Source: Eledone cirrhosa | Lineage: Eukaryota | Direction: 5' to 3' | Assembly: GCA_964016885.1 (NCBI GenBank) | Contig: OZ024740.1 | Location: 170,004,001 to 170,068,000, forward strand | Length of the DNA: 64,000 nt | Shown here: one piece after another, positions 63,301-64,000 of the stretch | Position numbering within the stretch: position 1 is the stretch's first letter | How the letters are laid out: each line of letters begins with the position of its first letter | Translations under genes and position numbers: made by a program | Notes under the pieces: generated by a model | Database searches by the model: none | What the model saw: the letters and a program-made list of their open reading frames with translations, nothing else | Told to the model about the DNA's origin: nothing

Positions 63301-64000
63301 CATTTATCTTTAATGTCATACACCTTCATTTCAACAAAGTGCAATATATGTGTTCTTTCTAAATTGAACTCTATAAGTGATTATTAATTAATGGCGTGTA
63401 TATATATATATATACGTAGACCACCTATTACAACAGCTAAATGGTCTCAAAAGCAGCGATTGGCAAGAATGCCTAAGAGGACAGAGCCCAGACAATCCAC
63501 ATGATGAATGAAACACAGAAAAGACTGAAAAAAGAGGACAAGGAGAAGTGCGTCGGCGTACAGAAGTGACTGAAAGAACGAAATAAAGAAAGGTGGTGTA
63601 CAAGACAAGTTTACTTACGCAGATATTCACCCTCATCATCTCTGAAACCAGTCAAATAGTTCGCACAATTTAATATGTATATATATTCCAGCAACTACAC
63701 AGGCTCCTCTCTTCTTCATATATGTTATCATGTTTCGCTGTGACCTGTCTTCTTTCTCCTCCTACCTACCTATTTTGTGGCTATGTACTATTCCCTCTCT
63801 TTCTCCCTCTCTCCCTTTCTCCCTCTCACTTTCACTCACCCTCTCTGTGCTAGCGACCTCATTGTTTCCCTCGCCTGTCTCCCTAGCAGTCTTTTTCTCA
63901 CATACACTTGCAGAGGTCAGCCGTGTCTTTTTTCTCGTCCGCACAATCTCGAACTTATGCTCAGTAATTGTCGTGGACTTTAATTTTCCCTCAGATATTC

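Overview
AT-rich, microsatellite-dense eukaryotic (animal) DNA made almost entirely of retroelements. I could not support any host gene. The SINEs resemble cephalopod (octopus-type) tRNA-derived SINEs, but that is recall, not a search. Contents: (1) L1/Tx1-type APE-RT LINEs, including a head-to-tail dimer at 36915-49068 whose second copy looks intact, plus several decayed relatives; (2) two R4/Dong-type RLE LINE copies; (3) four Penelope-like (PLE) remnants and one RTE fragment; (4) tRNA-derived SINEs. The main hidden signal is about 20 type I hammerhead-ribozyme-like motifs in about 10 unrelated sequence families, read by eye on both strands. Some lie 3' of PLE ORFs in the sense orientation. 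Most lie in small non-coding units (about 320-500 bp where a period can be measured) that are tandem, terminally redundant or folded back and sit between (TA)n tracts, consistent with retrozyme-like or non-autonomous PLE elements. Several show covariation: C3-G8 versus U3-A8, a swapped stem I pair, and unrelated stem II sequences that all pair. All folds are manual and need computational and biochemical confirmation.
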